From a virus (lineage: Duplodnaviria; Caudoviricetes), in the IMG/VR virus record IMGVR_UViG_3300029305_005547, positions 160,001 to 224,000 of that record: a stretch of 64,000 bases of DNA, one strand, 5' to 3'. Below, piece after piece: positions 49,181-60,061 of this stretch. The position numbers were made by a program, and so were the translations under genes. The notes under the pieces were generated by a model. It had not been told where the DNA came from and did no database searches. It was given only the letters and a program-made list of their open reading frames with translations. The first letter of the stretch is position 1, and each line of letters starts with the position of its first letter.

Positions 49181-49930
49181 ATGGCATCTAAGAATGTTAT
49201 TATTAAGCGTAAAATCGCTGACGAAATTTTCGAATTACTTCCTAAGACATCTGGTGCACAGGTAGAGGTTACTTACGGTACCGAAGTTAAGGCTTTGGCT
49301 GATGTATTGTCTACTGTTTACACTGATTTGGAAGCATGGAATACTTTCAAGAAGGATGTTGATTTTGCTGGTACTGACTCTGCACTTGATACTCTGCGTG
49401 AGTTGATCGACTACTTGAGTCAGGAAGATGTTGCTACATCTATCGCAGGTCAGTTATCCGCTATTAAGGATCGCCTTGACGCTGTTGAAGCTAAGGCTGC
49501 TGCTAACGAAACCGCTATTGGTGAGTTGACTCAGACCGTTGCTGCTAACAAGAAGGCTGCTGAAGATGCAGTTACTGCATTGACTCAGACTGTAACTGAT
49601 AACAAGACTGCTGCTGATGCTACTGAAGCTAAGGCTGAGCAGAATAAGACTGATATCGCTGCATTGACTCAGACTGTTGCTGCTAACAAGACTGCTGCTG
49701 AAGAGGCTATTGCCGCTGTTGATGCTAAGGCTGTTAAGAACGCTGAAGACATCGCTGCTAACAAGACTGCCGCTGAAGAGGCTGTTGCCGCTGTTGATGC
49801 TAAGGCTGTTAAGAACGCTGAAGACATCGCTGTATTGCAGGGTGTTGCTGCAGCTCAGGCACGTGTTATCGTTGCTGAAGAGATTCCTGCAGATCTGTCT
49901 GAGACCGATCTCATGTTGCAGATTGTTTAA
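49181..49930 (+). CDS. Fibre-like coiled-coil virion protein with internal repeats
   Basis: Late promoter at 49102-49113; ALDTLRELIDYL fibre motif; Ala-rich heptad repeats. Confidence 0.7.
   Translation: MASKNVIIKRKIADEIFELLPKTSGAQVEVTYGTEVKALADVLSTVYTDLEAWNTFKKDVDFAGTDSALDTLRELIDYLSQEDVATSIAGQLSAIKDRLDAVEAKAAANETAIGELTQTVAANKKAAEDAVTALTQTVTDNKTAADATEAKAEQNKTDIAALTQTVAANKTAAEEAIAAVDAKAVKNAEDIAANKTAAEEAVAAVDAKAVKNAEDIAVLQGVAAAQARVIVAEEIPADLSETDLMLQIV
49679..49828 (+). repeat. Two tandem 75-bp (25-aa) near-identical repeats
   Basis: AANKTAAEEA(I/V)AAVDAKAVKNAEDI twice, nearly identical at the DNA level. Confidence 0.85.
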
Positions 49931-50011
49931 TCTGATAATTCAGTTAAACGTAATGACAGGTACTAGGAAACTAGTACCTGTCATATTATGTTTATTAGGA
50001 GGAACAAATAA

Positions 50012-50497
50012 ATGGACAAATATTTAGAAAAAGTTTTAAATCATGTAATTAAACTTTTAGCTCTTTTTATTGCAGGAGGTATTGTATACCTCGGTGTAGA
50101 AATACTATGGAGAGGTCATACACATTGGTCTATGGGAATTGTAGGAGGTTTGTGCTTCATTCTCGTAGGTCTTATTAATGAAGTATTCACATACAAAATG
50201 TATCTTGAAATTCAGGCTGTTATAGCATCTGTAATTATTACTGTCGTTGAATTTTTTGCAGGTTTATTAATAAATGTAAAACTTGGATGGGATGTATGGG
50301 ATTATTCTAACTTGCCATTCAATATCATGGGACAAGTTTGTTTATTATTTATGATTTTATGGTTCTTCTTATCATTTGTTGCTATTATATTTGATGATGT
50401 TTTAAGAGCAATTGTATTTGGAGAAGAGAAACCAAACTACAGAGTTTGGATTATTGAAAATGTAAAGAAACTTGTTGATAAATACCATGGGTTATAA
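50012..50497 (+). CDS. Multi-pass membrane protein (putative ABC-permease-like family common in Firmicutes phages)
   Basis: GGIVYLGVEILWRGHTHWSMGIVGGLCF...VWDYSNLPFNIMGQVCL. Confidence 0.75.
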   Translation: MDKYLEKVLNHVIKLLALFIAGGIVYLGVEILWRGHTHWSMGIVGGLCFILVGLINEVFTYKMYLEIQAVIASVIITVVEFFAGLLINVKLGWDVWDYSNLPFNIMGQVCLLFMILWFFLSFVAIIFDDVLRAIVFGEEKPNYRVWIIENVKKLVDKYHGL

Positions 50498-50582
50498 GAC
50501 AGCGTAATGGAGTAGCACATGCTACTCCATTACATTGCCGATTTAAGAAGGAAACTTTATACAATGAAAGAAAGCGGTATTT

Positions 50583-51047
50583 TCACCGAATCTTAGTCTG
50601 AAGTCCTGTTAATAATGATTCAGTTTGATCTGTAACGATATTATGTCTCATGCACAAAGCCACATAGTAATAATCTGAATGAAGCGTTGCCTCAGCTGTA
50701 ATACAATTGCAAATTATCTGAGAGTCTTTATTCATTAATCGTTGCGTCATTTTATATGAACATGAAAGTATCGCTTTATTATTTGAATCATAATACACAT
50801 CTGTTGTGTTAGCAGATGAAGATTTTAAAAGTTTGATTAATGGATTAGATATTTCTTTATCCATATCAACAAAATTTTCATTAGATGAAAACATTTTCTT
50901 TTTTAATTTAGAAAGTGGTATTACATTTGTCTGTTTTTCATATTTTCTTAAAGTAATTTTAGCCTTAGCATAATCTTTGCTAGCTTTTATAGGACTAATT
51001 ACTTTAGCCTTTATAATTTTACCAATTGGTAATGCGATATCATTCAT
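50583..51047 (-). CDS. Hypothetical protein
   Basis: GAGGTG RBS before MNDIAL. Confidence 0.6.
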   Translation of the reverse strand: MNDIALPIGKIIKAKVISPIKASKDYAKAKITLRKYEKQTNVIPLSKLKKKMFSSNENFVDMDKEISNPLIKLLKSSSANTTDVYYDSNNKAILSCSYKMTQRLMNKDSQIICNCITAEATLHSDYYYVALCMRHNIVTDQTESLLTGLQTKIR

Positions 51048-51138
51048 AAAAGTCACCTCTAATTTTCTATTAGAATAATGTCTTATTTTTCTTCCAACAG
51101 AAATATTAACTTAGTAAAGAGAAAAGGAAACTTGTTTT

Positions 51139-52878
51139 ATGGCAAAGAATATGGAATTAATTCAACATAAAAAAGAGAACGACGTTTCCCTTAAGTTGAA
51201 AGAGATAACTAACTTTCAACAACTCAAATTAAAGAAAATCAACTTAAAGCTAGAAATATTCACACTCGATTCTATAGTTGCTTTTCTATATAAAGATAGT
51301 GTATTAAAAACACAAAAGTTGTTGAAGAATATTTTTAAATTATTTTCAAATATAAATCCAGAACCTTATTATGCGAATCCAGATTTACGAGTTAGGTTCT
51401 GGGTAATTTTAAAGTCTTTACATCTAATGGTAGAGACTAGACTTGAATCATATAATGCTATCAAATCTGAGCTTATGGATGATAGTGAGTCTGATGAACT
51501 TATACATGATTATGTTAAGAATATAGATTCACTTAATATAGGTTACGAAGATAGCAAGAAACTTATTCGTAAACTTGATGATAGACTTCGTTTTGGTTAT
51601 GTAATAACTATAAAAGAAGTTTTACAAGAATTTTTAAATGCAATTGATGATGAAGAATATTCATCATATAAAGATATTGCAGATGATCTTGAACAACTTG
51701 CAATATCAATCGTTAATATAAGACGAAATACTAATAGTTTAGAAAGTGATGAAAAATTCACTTTGGATCCTGATAAGTTTGATGAAATGATTGTATCTGC
51801 TGTAACGAAGTTACAAGATAGAATGAAGATTTTCAAAACTGGTATTCAGGGATTAAATGCTTTATTAGCACCAGGATATATGTCTAAGAGACTTTATATG
51901 TATCTTGCATTCCCTGGTGGTGGTAAATCTCAAATACTTCTTAAATCAGCTCTTGATATTAAGAAATATAACGGTCATGTAAAAGCAAAAGACCCAGAGA
52001 AAAGACCTGCAGTGTTATATATTACAATGGAAAATTCAATCGAAGAAACTATTGAACGTATATTCAATATGATGGTTTCAGCAGATGATATTCGTAATTA
52101 TACACCTAAGCAGATTATAAAGAAATTAAAAGATGGTGGTAACTTAACCCTTACAGATAATAACAACGTTAATATCATTATTACATATTATCCAAATAGA
52201 TCTATTACCACGGATGATCTCTATGGTATATTTCAAGATTTAAATGATGAGGGCGACGAAGTTATTGCATTAATTCTCGACTACGTAAAAAGAATAGCAC
52301 CTGCAGAAAAAGCTGCAAGTGAAAAAGAAGAACTTAAGAATATCACAAATGAACTTAAGAATTTAGCAACACATTTTGACGTACCTGTTATAACAGCGCA
52401 ACAGCTTAACAGAGTTGCATCTTCTGTAGTTGATGCTGCGTTACAAGCTAAAAAAGAAGATGTTACAAAGTTAATTGGACGTGATGGTGTTGCTGGAGCA
52501 TGGGAGATCATAGAAAATTCAGACTGGGTTTGTGTTTTGAACCAGGAGGTTAAAACAGAAACTCTTGAATTATTTATGACATTCAAACTTCTTAAACGAA
52601 GATATAGGTCAAGCGATGAAAATGACAAGATGAGAAAACTCGAATATTTCAATCATCCTTATGAACCTGGAAATGAAATCAGGTTAATTGATGATGTTGA
52701 ACTCGATAGACCTCTGATGATGCTTGGTATGAGTAATCAAATGTCTGCGTTAGAAGATATGAAACGCGGTAAAAAGAATGCAGTTGAAAGGGAAGAAAAA
52801 ACTGCCATAAATAAGAGTATTTATCAAATGGTAGAATTCGATCCTTTTGATGATTCTCAATCGATTCAATATACGTAA
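51139..52878 (+). CDS. dnaB: DnaB-like replicative helicase
   Basis: FKTGIQGLN, AFPGGGKS (Walker A), YITMEN, ILDYVKRI, PVITAQQLNR. Confidence 0.9.
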   Translation: MAKNMELIQHKKENDVSLKLKEITNFQQLKLKKINLKLEIFTLDSIVAFLYKDSVLKTQKLLKNIFKLFSNINPEPYYANPDLRVRFWVILKSLHLMVETRLESYNAIKSELMDDSESDELIHDYVKNIDSLNIGYEDSKKLIRKLDDRLRFGYVITIKEVLQEFLNAIDDEEYSSYKDIADDLEQLAISIVNIRRNTNSLESDEKFTLDPDKFDEMIVSAVTKLQDRMKIFKTGIQGLNALLAPGYMSKRLYMYLAFPGGGKSQILLKSALDIKKYNGHVKAKDPEKRPAVLYITMENSIEETIERIFNMMVSADDIRNYTPKQIIKKLKDGGNLTLTDNNNVNIIITYYPNRSITTDDLYGIFQDLNDEGDEVIALILDYVKRIAPAEKAASEKEELKNITNELKNLATHFDVPVITAQQLNRVASSVVDAALQAKKEDVTKLIGRDGVAGAWEIIENSDWVCVLNQEVKTETLELFMTFKLLKRRYRSSDENDKMRKLEYFNHPYEPGNEIRLIDDVELDRPLMMLGMSNQMSALEDMKRGKKNAVEREEKTAINKSIYQMVEFDPFDDSQSIQYT

Positions 52879-52940
52879 TTTAAAAAAAAATCCATACACT
52901 CTTTTGAGTGTATGGATTTCTTATTTCTGTAATCCATATA

Positions 52941-53585
52941 TTATATTGAATAATGAGAAGATACCATTTCATCATATCCATTCAATTCACAAAGTTTTTT
53001 GTATATATCAATAGGACAAACTGGAGTTTCGGGATCTTCATTCTCTGAATCATATATGTCATCTATATCACCATGATCACTAGTTTCTAATTTTAATCTA
53101 AGACCAACTTCCATCATAATTAAACTAGATGAAATATTATTCTTTTCAAATCCCATCGTTGAATATAATCGTTGTAATCGTTTCGTAAGGCTTTCTTCTC
53201 TATGTTCACCGTATTTATACCATGGATGTTTAGGAGTTCTAATAGTCGTCATACTTATATAATCTGGATTATATATAAGATTATGAAGCGAATCAAATCT
53301 ATAATTATCAAAAGAACTATTAACATCAAGAACAGGACAATGAAGAATTTCTCGTACCCACCTGTTATATAAACATTGGAAATAACTTCCGGAAAGAATT
53401 TTTGAAACTTCTATATATTTATCAATATTCTCATCAAATTGATTAATGGAATCATGTTTCTCTTTTTTAGCATGGTAGTCATTTACATCCTGCATTAACA
53501 TCATATTACGTTCTGAAACAGATATCGTCCATTCTCCTGTTATAGTATTATTTCTAATATCTTCATATCCTCTTATTAACTCCAT
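52941..53585 (-). CDS. Hypothetical protein
   Basis: GGAGGAGG RBS; coupled to the upstream gene. Confidence 0.7.
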   Translation of the reverse strand: MELIRGYEDIRNNTITGEWTISVSERNMMLMQDVNDYHAKKEKHDSINQFDENIDKYIEVSKILSGSYFQCLYNRWVREILHCPVLDVNSSFDNYRFDSLHNLIYNPDYISMTTIRTPKHPWYKYGEHREESLTKRLQRLYSTMGFEKNNISSSLIMMEVGLRLKLETSDHGDIDDIYDSENEDPETPVCPIDIYKKLCELNGYDEMVSSHYSI

Positions 53586-54190
53586 CTATTATATAACCTC
53601 CTCCCTCTATAATTAGAAACACTTTCAGTTTTAAATTGCTTCAATTCAAATTCTTCAGACGAGAAATCACTTGATAGAGTGTCATATGCTTTAACAGTAG
53701 CAGGTCTTCTACCTCGAGCATAATATGGTATAAATTGATACATATCAATATGCTCTATATCAGAACTATCTCTTCGTTTTATTTCCATATCACGAATATG
53801 ATCTGCGCATGTATAATGACCCATACGATTTTCAGTCCATCCTCCTATTGCATAATAATCAGGATATAAAATAGTCCACGGTTTAGATATTATAGCATAT
53901 ATTAAATCATTGATATTATTATCTATAGAAAAATCATCGTCTCCACAAGTCATATCTTCATAAACATCTGATAAGAAACTTTTTGCTATTTCAGGGTATA
54001 CAATATTGGATAATTCTAATAGAAAATCTACATATTGACTCGCTCTAGATATATGATCTGTTCTCCATGGAGGAAAACTTAATCCATCAACACTAGTTTG
54101 TCTCACAAATCTATCGTATATTTCACGTTTAATTAATTCATTTGATATATACGTGTTATGATCGTTATAAAAATGAACCATGATTTTCAC
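53576..54190 (-). CDS. Hypothetical early protein
   Basis: Early promoter at about 54209-54230. Confidence 0.7.
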   Translation of the reverse strand: MKIMVHFYNDHNTYISNELIKREIYDRFVRQTSVDGLSFPPWRTDHISRASQYVDFLLELSNIVYPEIAKSFLSDVYEDMTCGDDDFSIDNNINDLIYAIISKPWTILYPDYYAIGGWTENRMGHYTCADHIRDMEIKRRDSSDIEHIDMYQFIPYYARGRRPATVKAYDTLSSDFSSEEFELKQFKTESVSNYRGRRLYNRWS

Positions 54191-54287
54191 TCCTTTATAT
54201 TTATATACATAAATAATATATGTTTACAAACCCAGGGTAAAATCAACGAAAAAACATTATTCTAATACTGAAACTAAAAGAAAGTAG

Positions 54288-57200
54288 GTGTTAATAATGG
54301 CTCCAATTAAAGACTGGAAACCAGTGTTAGGGCTTCCTGATACGTTAGAGAAGCTTCTTAAAGAAACTGAAATTAACAACTCTTTTAGAGAAAGTGCAGT
54401 AACAGATACATTGAAAGAAACAATGGAATCGTCTTATGCATATCTTTATAGATTGCAAAGAGATTCCGTTAATTATTCACGTTTTCACTTTCAAACAAGA
54501 GAGTATTTGTTAAATACAACCTATAACGATATTAAAATGGGTCTTAAGGAAAATGGCGATAAATTGATGGAACTTGAAAAATCTGAAAATCCTGACCCTA
54601 ACGAAATTGCAAGACTTAAAAGAATACTCGCTGAATATGGTGAGGTTCGATTCGGCGACTTATATCTTGATAATAAGAGGAGAGTCTGTGTAAATATTGA
54701 TCATGACATAATAGCTCCTGAAGTAAAGGAAACATTCAGGAATTCTAAATATTACAGAACTGATATTCCTCTTACTGAGATCATGATCAATAAAAAGTTG
54801 TTTAGAGAACTTCCTATCGGTATTATGGATAATGAAGTTCGAACGGATATTAGCATTTATCCTCTGGAACAGGGAACGAAAATAATTTTTCATCATATGA
54901 CTGCAAAGGATTTATACAACGTATATGAATCTCAGAAATTTCATGATGTTTGTATTATGTGTATCCCTAACGTAGTTATCAAATTTATATCTATGACTAA
55001 GGATGATGCATTAAAAGGGATCATTCCTTTGGAGGATCCCAATAATCTCAAAGTTGGAACTTATTTCGTATCATTTAAAAATGAAAAGAATTCAACTAAC
55101 CTTATTCCAACTAAGGTAGAAGAAAATACCATCGTTGCAAAAATTAACAAAAATGCAACAAAAATTATCAATGATTCACAGGGAAATATTGAGGTTGCGA
55201 TCATATTTTTCCAAGATTTAAGAAAGTATGACTTTACTCTTTCTGCTGATGGAACTGTACCTACAGTTAAAAGAGTTTATGTCACAGAAGAAACTTATGA
55301 AGAAAGACCTGAATCTAAGTTGTTTATTCCTATTTTAGATGGCTCAGTTCTTCCTATGCCTGTACCGGAAGAAAATGTATTGATTCTCAAATCAATATAT
55401 GAAGGTACGTCAATCGATAGGTATGAACAAGCATATGAATGTACAACTAAATTATATTATCCTAATATTTATCAGATAGATGATAAGAATCATAAGATCG
55501 AAGATAGATATGAGGTATATTACTTTTACAAACATAATGAAAATATGAGGTATACACCTCTATTTGATTTTTATTATGATTATCTTAGATCTCGTTTTAA
55601 TAATAAACTTTCCTTAGAAGAAGTCCTTAATAAGATATATTTTAAGGAAATTGGTTATAATGTAAACGAGACTATAGATGAAAACGAATCTGATCCGGAT
55701 GTATTTAGACTTCGTGTTCTTGAAAACGAATATTTGGAAGCATTTTATACCGTATTTGAAAAAATGCTTAATTATCAAGATTACAAATATAAGTATGGTA
55801 CTCCTGATTTTATTTGCGATTACCAGGGAGATGAAATTCCTCTTCAGTATAAAATTGCTAGAATGATGGAATTTATACGAGCTGATTGGAACGTTCTTCC
55901 GGAATATGTCATTAAACAAAGAAGAAAAGAAACTCTTTTTCATTTCTTCACCAATACTATCAATTTGTCTGGACGTATAAGAAGATCTACACGTCTTGAA
56001 GACAGAGAAAATGATATTATATCATTTGCATCTTCTGCTAATATAACTGATGATTCAAATCCAAATGCATATATTGTAACGGATTCGAAATCATATGACA
56101 TCAACAACGAAGTATATATTGATGATATTAAATTATTAATTCCTTCAGTTAAGGTTGGGGATTTTGTAGAATTCACTGATCTTACTGATAGATATGTATT
56201 TGCATTCAAAAATCCTGGTAAAGATTATTTAGCATTAAAAATCTTTATCGATGGAATCTTATGTACTGATGTCATAACTATAAATAGTCTTGGAACGGAT
56301 TATTTATATTTACCTACAAATATGGTAAATGAAAATAGTTATATCATGATGGAACTTGAATGGACAACGGAAGATCCTCAGGTAGAAACACTTAAATTTG
56401 AGTCTTCTGACGATATTCATGTTATTCATTTAGTTGATGTCGATCATGTTGAATATACTATGAGTGATATTGTACTTAAAGTGAATGGAATTACAGTTCC
56501 TGAAACTGAATACACGATGTTACTTAGAAGAAATGATGTCGATTATTCAATGGAAGATGAAAACCATAATATTGTGAATAAATATGGTATCGTAACTGAT
56601 GTTTCAATACAGTTTACAAATACAACAAGAACTTTCCCTATAAATGTAGATGTGCAAGTAAACAAAACGTCATTCGTTTCTGCAGGTGTTGCACATAGAA
56701 ATGGGTATCCACGATTTGATTTATCTGAACTTAAATTAAATCCTGAGGTTTCATATGCAAGAATGTATTACAATGGAAGAATAACACCAAGTAATACATT
56801 TAGGGTAGTAGATTCACAAGGAAGATCCTATGTACAATCAAGGGTATTTTGTAAAAAAGGAGATCAATACATGTTTGAATTTTCTCCATATACAAAAGAA
56901 CTTATTTGCACTATGGAAGAGTTCGATCCAGATGCAATCATAGACTTCTCTGAATATATTGATAAACCTTTGAGACCTGAATATTACGAAGTATATGTAA
57001 ATGGTAGAAGACTTGGTCTTCCTAACTTATTTGCATTTGGACCTACGAAATCTGTGTTTAGAGGTCTTAAAAGTAAGTATTTACTTACTATTTACGAAAA
57101 AGAAAGAGACTTTGAATATTTCGGTTATTCAAAATCCGTTGGCGATGACAAATACTTCTATTTGGCAACAGATCTTACAAATGAGATCTTTTTAAGTCCT

Positions 57201-57602
57201 AAGGAAGTTGATGTTATTATCGATAAATATATAGAATCAATTAAAAATGAAAATGCTATCATACTTCCAAATGAACCTACTGAGGAAACAATCATATTTG
57301 ATGTTGAATATGGTTTAATTGAAGAAATGAAAATCTTTTTCTTTGAAGAGTTGTTACCTCTTGGTCTTGGAAACCCTGATACATTACAATTTAATAAGGC
57401 TTACTTCTCTGAAGTTTTCCCTGATTTTACTAAAGAATTCATGATTGAATCGGATGATGGTGAATCTCAAGTTATTTATTTAGATCCAGATGTTACTGCT
57501 AGAATCTATGATAGATACAAAAATATATATGAGATAATTGACACTGCAGACGCTGATCCTGAAAAATCTTTTGTAATGTTAACGGGAGAAGCTGGTGTAT
57601 AA
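54288..57602 (+). CDS. Large virion structural protein (tail/baseplate candidate)
   Basis: 1104 aa; late promoter at 54253-54264; repeated beta-strand motifs IFIDG, YYNGR, VYVNGRRL. Confidence 0.6.
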   Translation: MLIMAPIKDWKPVLGLPDTLEKLLKETEINNSFRESAVTDTLKETMESSYAYLYRLQRDSVNYSRFHFQTREYLLNTTYNDIKMGLKENGDKLMELEKSENPDPNEIARLKRILAEYGEVRFGDLYLDNKRRVCVNIDHDIIAPEVKETFRNSKYYRTDIPLTEIMINKKLFRELPIGIMDNEVRTDISIYPLEQGTKIIFHHMTAKDLYNVYESQKFHDVCIMCIPNVVIKFISMTKDDALKGIIPLEDPNNLKVGTYFVSFKNEKNSTNLIPTKVEENTIVAKINKNATKIINDSQGNIEVAIIFFQDLRKYDFTLSADGTVPTVKRVYVTEETYEERPESKLFIPILDGSVLPMPVPEENVLILKSIYEGTSIDRYEQAYECTTKLYYPNIYQIDDKNHKIEDRYEVYYFYKHNENMRYTPLFDFYYDYLRSRFNNKLSLEEVLNKIYFKEIGYNVNETIDENESDPDVFRLRVLENEYLEAFYTVFEKMLNYQDYKYKYGTPDFICDYQGDEIPLQYKIARMMEFIRADWNVLPEYVIKQRRKETLFHFFTNTINLSGRIRRSTRLEDRENDIISFASSANITDDSNPNAYIVTDSKSYDINNEVYIDDIKLLIPSVKVGDFVEFTDLTDRYVFAFKNPGKDYLALKIFIDGILCTDVITINSLGTDYLYLPTNMVNENSYIMMELEWTTEDPQVETLKFESSDDIHVIHLVDVDHVEYTMSDIVLKVNGITVPETEYTMLLRRNDVDYSMEDENHNIVNKYGIVTDVSIQFTNTTRTFPINVDVQVNKTSFVSAGVAHRNGYPRFDLSELKLNPEVSYARMYYNGRITPSNTFRVVDSQGRSYVQSRVFCKKGDQYMFEFSPYTKELICTMEEFDPDAIIDFSEYIDKPLRPEYYEVYVNGRRLGLPNLFAFGPTKSVFRGLKSKYLLTIYEKERDFEYFGYSKSVGDDKYFYLATDLTNEIFLSPKEVDVIIDKYIESIKNENAIILPNEPTEETIIFDVEYGLIEEMKIFFFEELLPLGLGNPDTLQFNKAYFSEVFPDFTKEFMIESDDGESQVIYLDPDVTARIYDRYKNIYEIIDTADADPEKSFVMLTGEAGV

Positions 57603-57625
57603 CTTAAGAAAGGAAGAGAAGAAAC

Positions 57626-58873
57626 ATGGCAAATCAAACATACGATGCAGATGTTAGATATGGTTCTAGTTTTCTAAGCATCGACAAAAATAAACAAAGT
57701 GTGTCTGGAGAAATAATGACTGATAAACTTACGGGTGAGGTTTATATTAAAAGACCTCACGATGGAAAGATAATCAGTTTCCGCCAGAAATCACATAGTG
57801 TATATGAAGCTATCCAAGAATTCAATATTCAGTTCCAGTCATCTATCGGATTCACATATCCTGAAGATCCTGGTTCATATCTTCTTGGAACAAAAGTAGA
57901 TGTTGATGAGTTCGTCTCTATTGAAGAGAAAACTGACATTTTATTGAAGAATCATGAATTCAGTAAAAACTACGGTGATAAAAAAGATTTCCGGTTTGAA
58001 GTTTCAGGTAAGACTAATGGTTTTTATATCAAACCTATTACACGTCTCGGTGACAGAACTGTTAATGGATATCTTACTGGTCAGTTTGCTGAACATGAAT
58101 ATGTTAATTTTGGTACTACAGTAAGAACCTTTACTGAATGGCTTGATATTTCCACTCTTTATTCGTCACCATATCTTTATACTGAATGGAGAGATGAAGA
58201 AAAATGGGCAGCATCAAATGCTATTGTTGATTGTACTATTACAGTCACAGGTTCTGATGCTAATGGAAATTCAGTAACGAATGTTAAAGACATTACAACT
58301 GTTATTCAGCTTGATGAATTTAACTTTGTCCATTTTCCTGATGATTATGATGAGGAAATGGAACACATTACAACTATAAATGTAGTTGTTACAAAAATTT
58401 ATGCACCTAAGTTGCAGTATGAAAGATATCTTGCAAATGACAGTAATGCAACATCTGGAATCAATCCAATCGTAGATAGGATGATGGAAGCTGATGATAG
58501 AGTAGTTTTACAGTCAGTTGATTTGTTTTATTTTATTTCTGGAGCATCTCAACTTCCTACAAATGAAAACACTTTAATCAATCATTGTTATGATGTTGAA
58601 TTCCTTGACCAAGCTATTGTATACTTGTCTACAGCAAGTGGTGCAAGATCAATTCAGTCGCAGGTTGAAGAACCTTCAGCGTGGCCTGTAGATACTATAT
58701 GGGCAGAAGAAATTCGTGACATTCAGTATGGAGGTGCTGTGAAAGAAACTGCGTCTGTAAATAAGTTTTCTGATCTTGAAAGAGCATTGTATCAGGATAC
58801 ATCCGACAACGTTGAATATACGGATCAGTTAGCTAATGCTGAAAACCTTCTGGTTATTGGCAGAAATTTGTAA
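57626..58873 (+). CDS. Putative virion structural protein
   Basis: Same late operon. Confidence 0.55.
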   Translation: MANQTYDADVRYGSSFLSIDKNKQSVSGEIMTDKLTGEVYIKRPHDGKIISFRQKSHSVYEAIQEFNIQFQSSIGFTYPEDPGSYLLGTKVDVDEFVSIEEKTDILLKNHEFSKNYGDKKDFRFEVSGKTNGFYIKPITRLGDRTVNGYLTGQFAEHEYVNFGTTVRTFTEWLDISTLYSSPYLYTEWRDEEKWAASNAIVDCTITVTGSDANGNSVTNVKDITTVIQLDEFNFVHFPDDYDEEMEHITTINVVVTKIYAPKLQYERYLANDSNATSGINPIVDRMMEADDRVVLQSVDLFYFISGASQLPTNENTLINHCYDVEFLDQAIVYLSTASGARSIQSQVEEPSAWPVDTIWAEEIRDIQYGGAVKETASVNKFSDLERALYQDTSDNVEYTDQLANAENLLVIGRNL

Positions 58874-58891
58874 GAAAGGATGGTAATATAA

Positions 58892-59107
58892 ATGGCTACA
58901 TTATTAACTCCATCTAAATCATTATACATCGATAACTGTCAGTGTCTTCATATGAACGATAAAGTAATTGGAGAGCACCCTGCAGGATTTGATGAATATC
59001 CTCAACACTTCTTATTTGAAGTACTTGATGAAACGAGGGTTGATACTGAGGTTCCAAGTAATAATAATCCTCTGTCTATCAATTTGACTGGAAATATGAA
59101 GAATTAA
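58892..59107 (+). CDS. Small late protein
   Basis: RBS present; same operon. Confidence 0.55.
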   Translation: MATLLTPSKSLYIDNCQCLHMNDKVIGEHPAGFDEYPQHFLFEVLDETRVDTEVPSNNNPLSINLTGNMKN

Positions 59108-59125
59108 AGGAAGGAGAATAAGATT

Positions 59126-59359
59126 ATGTTTCCACATCCAAAAGATGTAATTTTACATGTAAAAAATAAAATCGCTGGTATTGGTACAGTTAAAAAGACA
59201 ATTTACCCTGTTACAAGATGGGAAAATGTTTTAGGCGCACCAAGACTTTTAGATCAGTCATCTTTGGAAGATGCGTTCCCTTCCGAATATGCAATTTATG
59301 ATTATAGAGACATCTCTATTTCTGATGAGGAATATGAAGCTTGTTTCGGAGAATTATAA
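59126..59359 (+). CDS. Small putative tail protein
   Basis: IYPVTRWENV motif resembling the one in 48746. Confidence 0.55.
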   Translation: MFPHPKDVILHVKNKIAGIGTVKKTIYPVTRWENVLGAPRLLDQSSLEDAFPSEYAIYDYRDISISDEEYEACFGEL

Positions 59360-59396
59360 AAAATAAGGGTAATCCAATTACGGATTACCCTTAAAT

Positions 59397-59660
59397 TTAT
59401 TTCATCATAATACCTGCTTTAAGTAATGCATCCTGCATTGGTACAACACATCTTAATGCTTTCGTGCATGATTGTTCGGTCGCAGCTACAGCCCGTTCAA
59501 TATTATCAAGTCGGTCACTTACTTCTTTTTCATGTTTGTTCTCCTTCACAAGAGCAACAGTTCCAATGGTTACTCCAGCTACACCGGTTACAACACCTGT
59601 ACCTGCAACTACCATCATTTCAGTTTTCATCTTTTTCATTTTTCTTTTTGTTACAATCAT
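59397..59660 (-). CDS. Small early membrane protein with coiled coil
   Basis: GGAGG RBS; Gly/Val TM segment; early promoter at about 59728-59745. Confidence 0.7.
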   Translation of the reverse strand: MIVTKRKMKKMKTEMMVVAGTGVVTGVAGVTIGTVALVKENKHEKEVSDRLDNIERAVAATEQSCTKALRCVVPMQDALLKAGIMMK

Positions 59661-59887
59661 TTTTTGTTTCCTCCATTTATTATTTTTAATTACAAGTAGG
59701 CATTGAACTCTTTTGTAATTATTCTAATATAATAATATATCATTGAAATTTTTAAATATTTATGCGGGGTTTAACAAAAAAAATAAGAGAGTGGTACCAG
59801 GTGTTCCACTCTCTTATAGTTTATCGTAAATAACTATAAATACCAACCTGGACTAAGTATTATAGTAAATCAGGTTTGATGTGTATG

Positions 59888-60061
59888 TTATAAACCTAAT
59901 TCGTTTCGTTTGGCTTCAAGAGCTTTTAAACGAAGAGACATTAGGTATGTAACTGAATTTGGATCTTTCGACCAAGTAATTAATACTTGTTCGTCAGACA
60001 CAAATCCAAGATTGATAGCTGCATACCACAAAGCAGCTATCAATCTGTCTGCGTAACTCAT
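59888..60061 (-). CDS. Small hypothetical early protein
   Basis: GAGG RBS before MSYADRL; promoter-like motif at about 60090-60110. Confidence 0.5.
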   Translation of the reverse strand: MSYADRLIAALWYAAINLGFVSDEQVLITWSKDPNSVTYLMSLRLKALEAKRNELGL

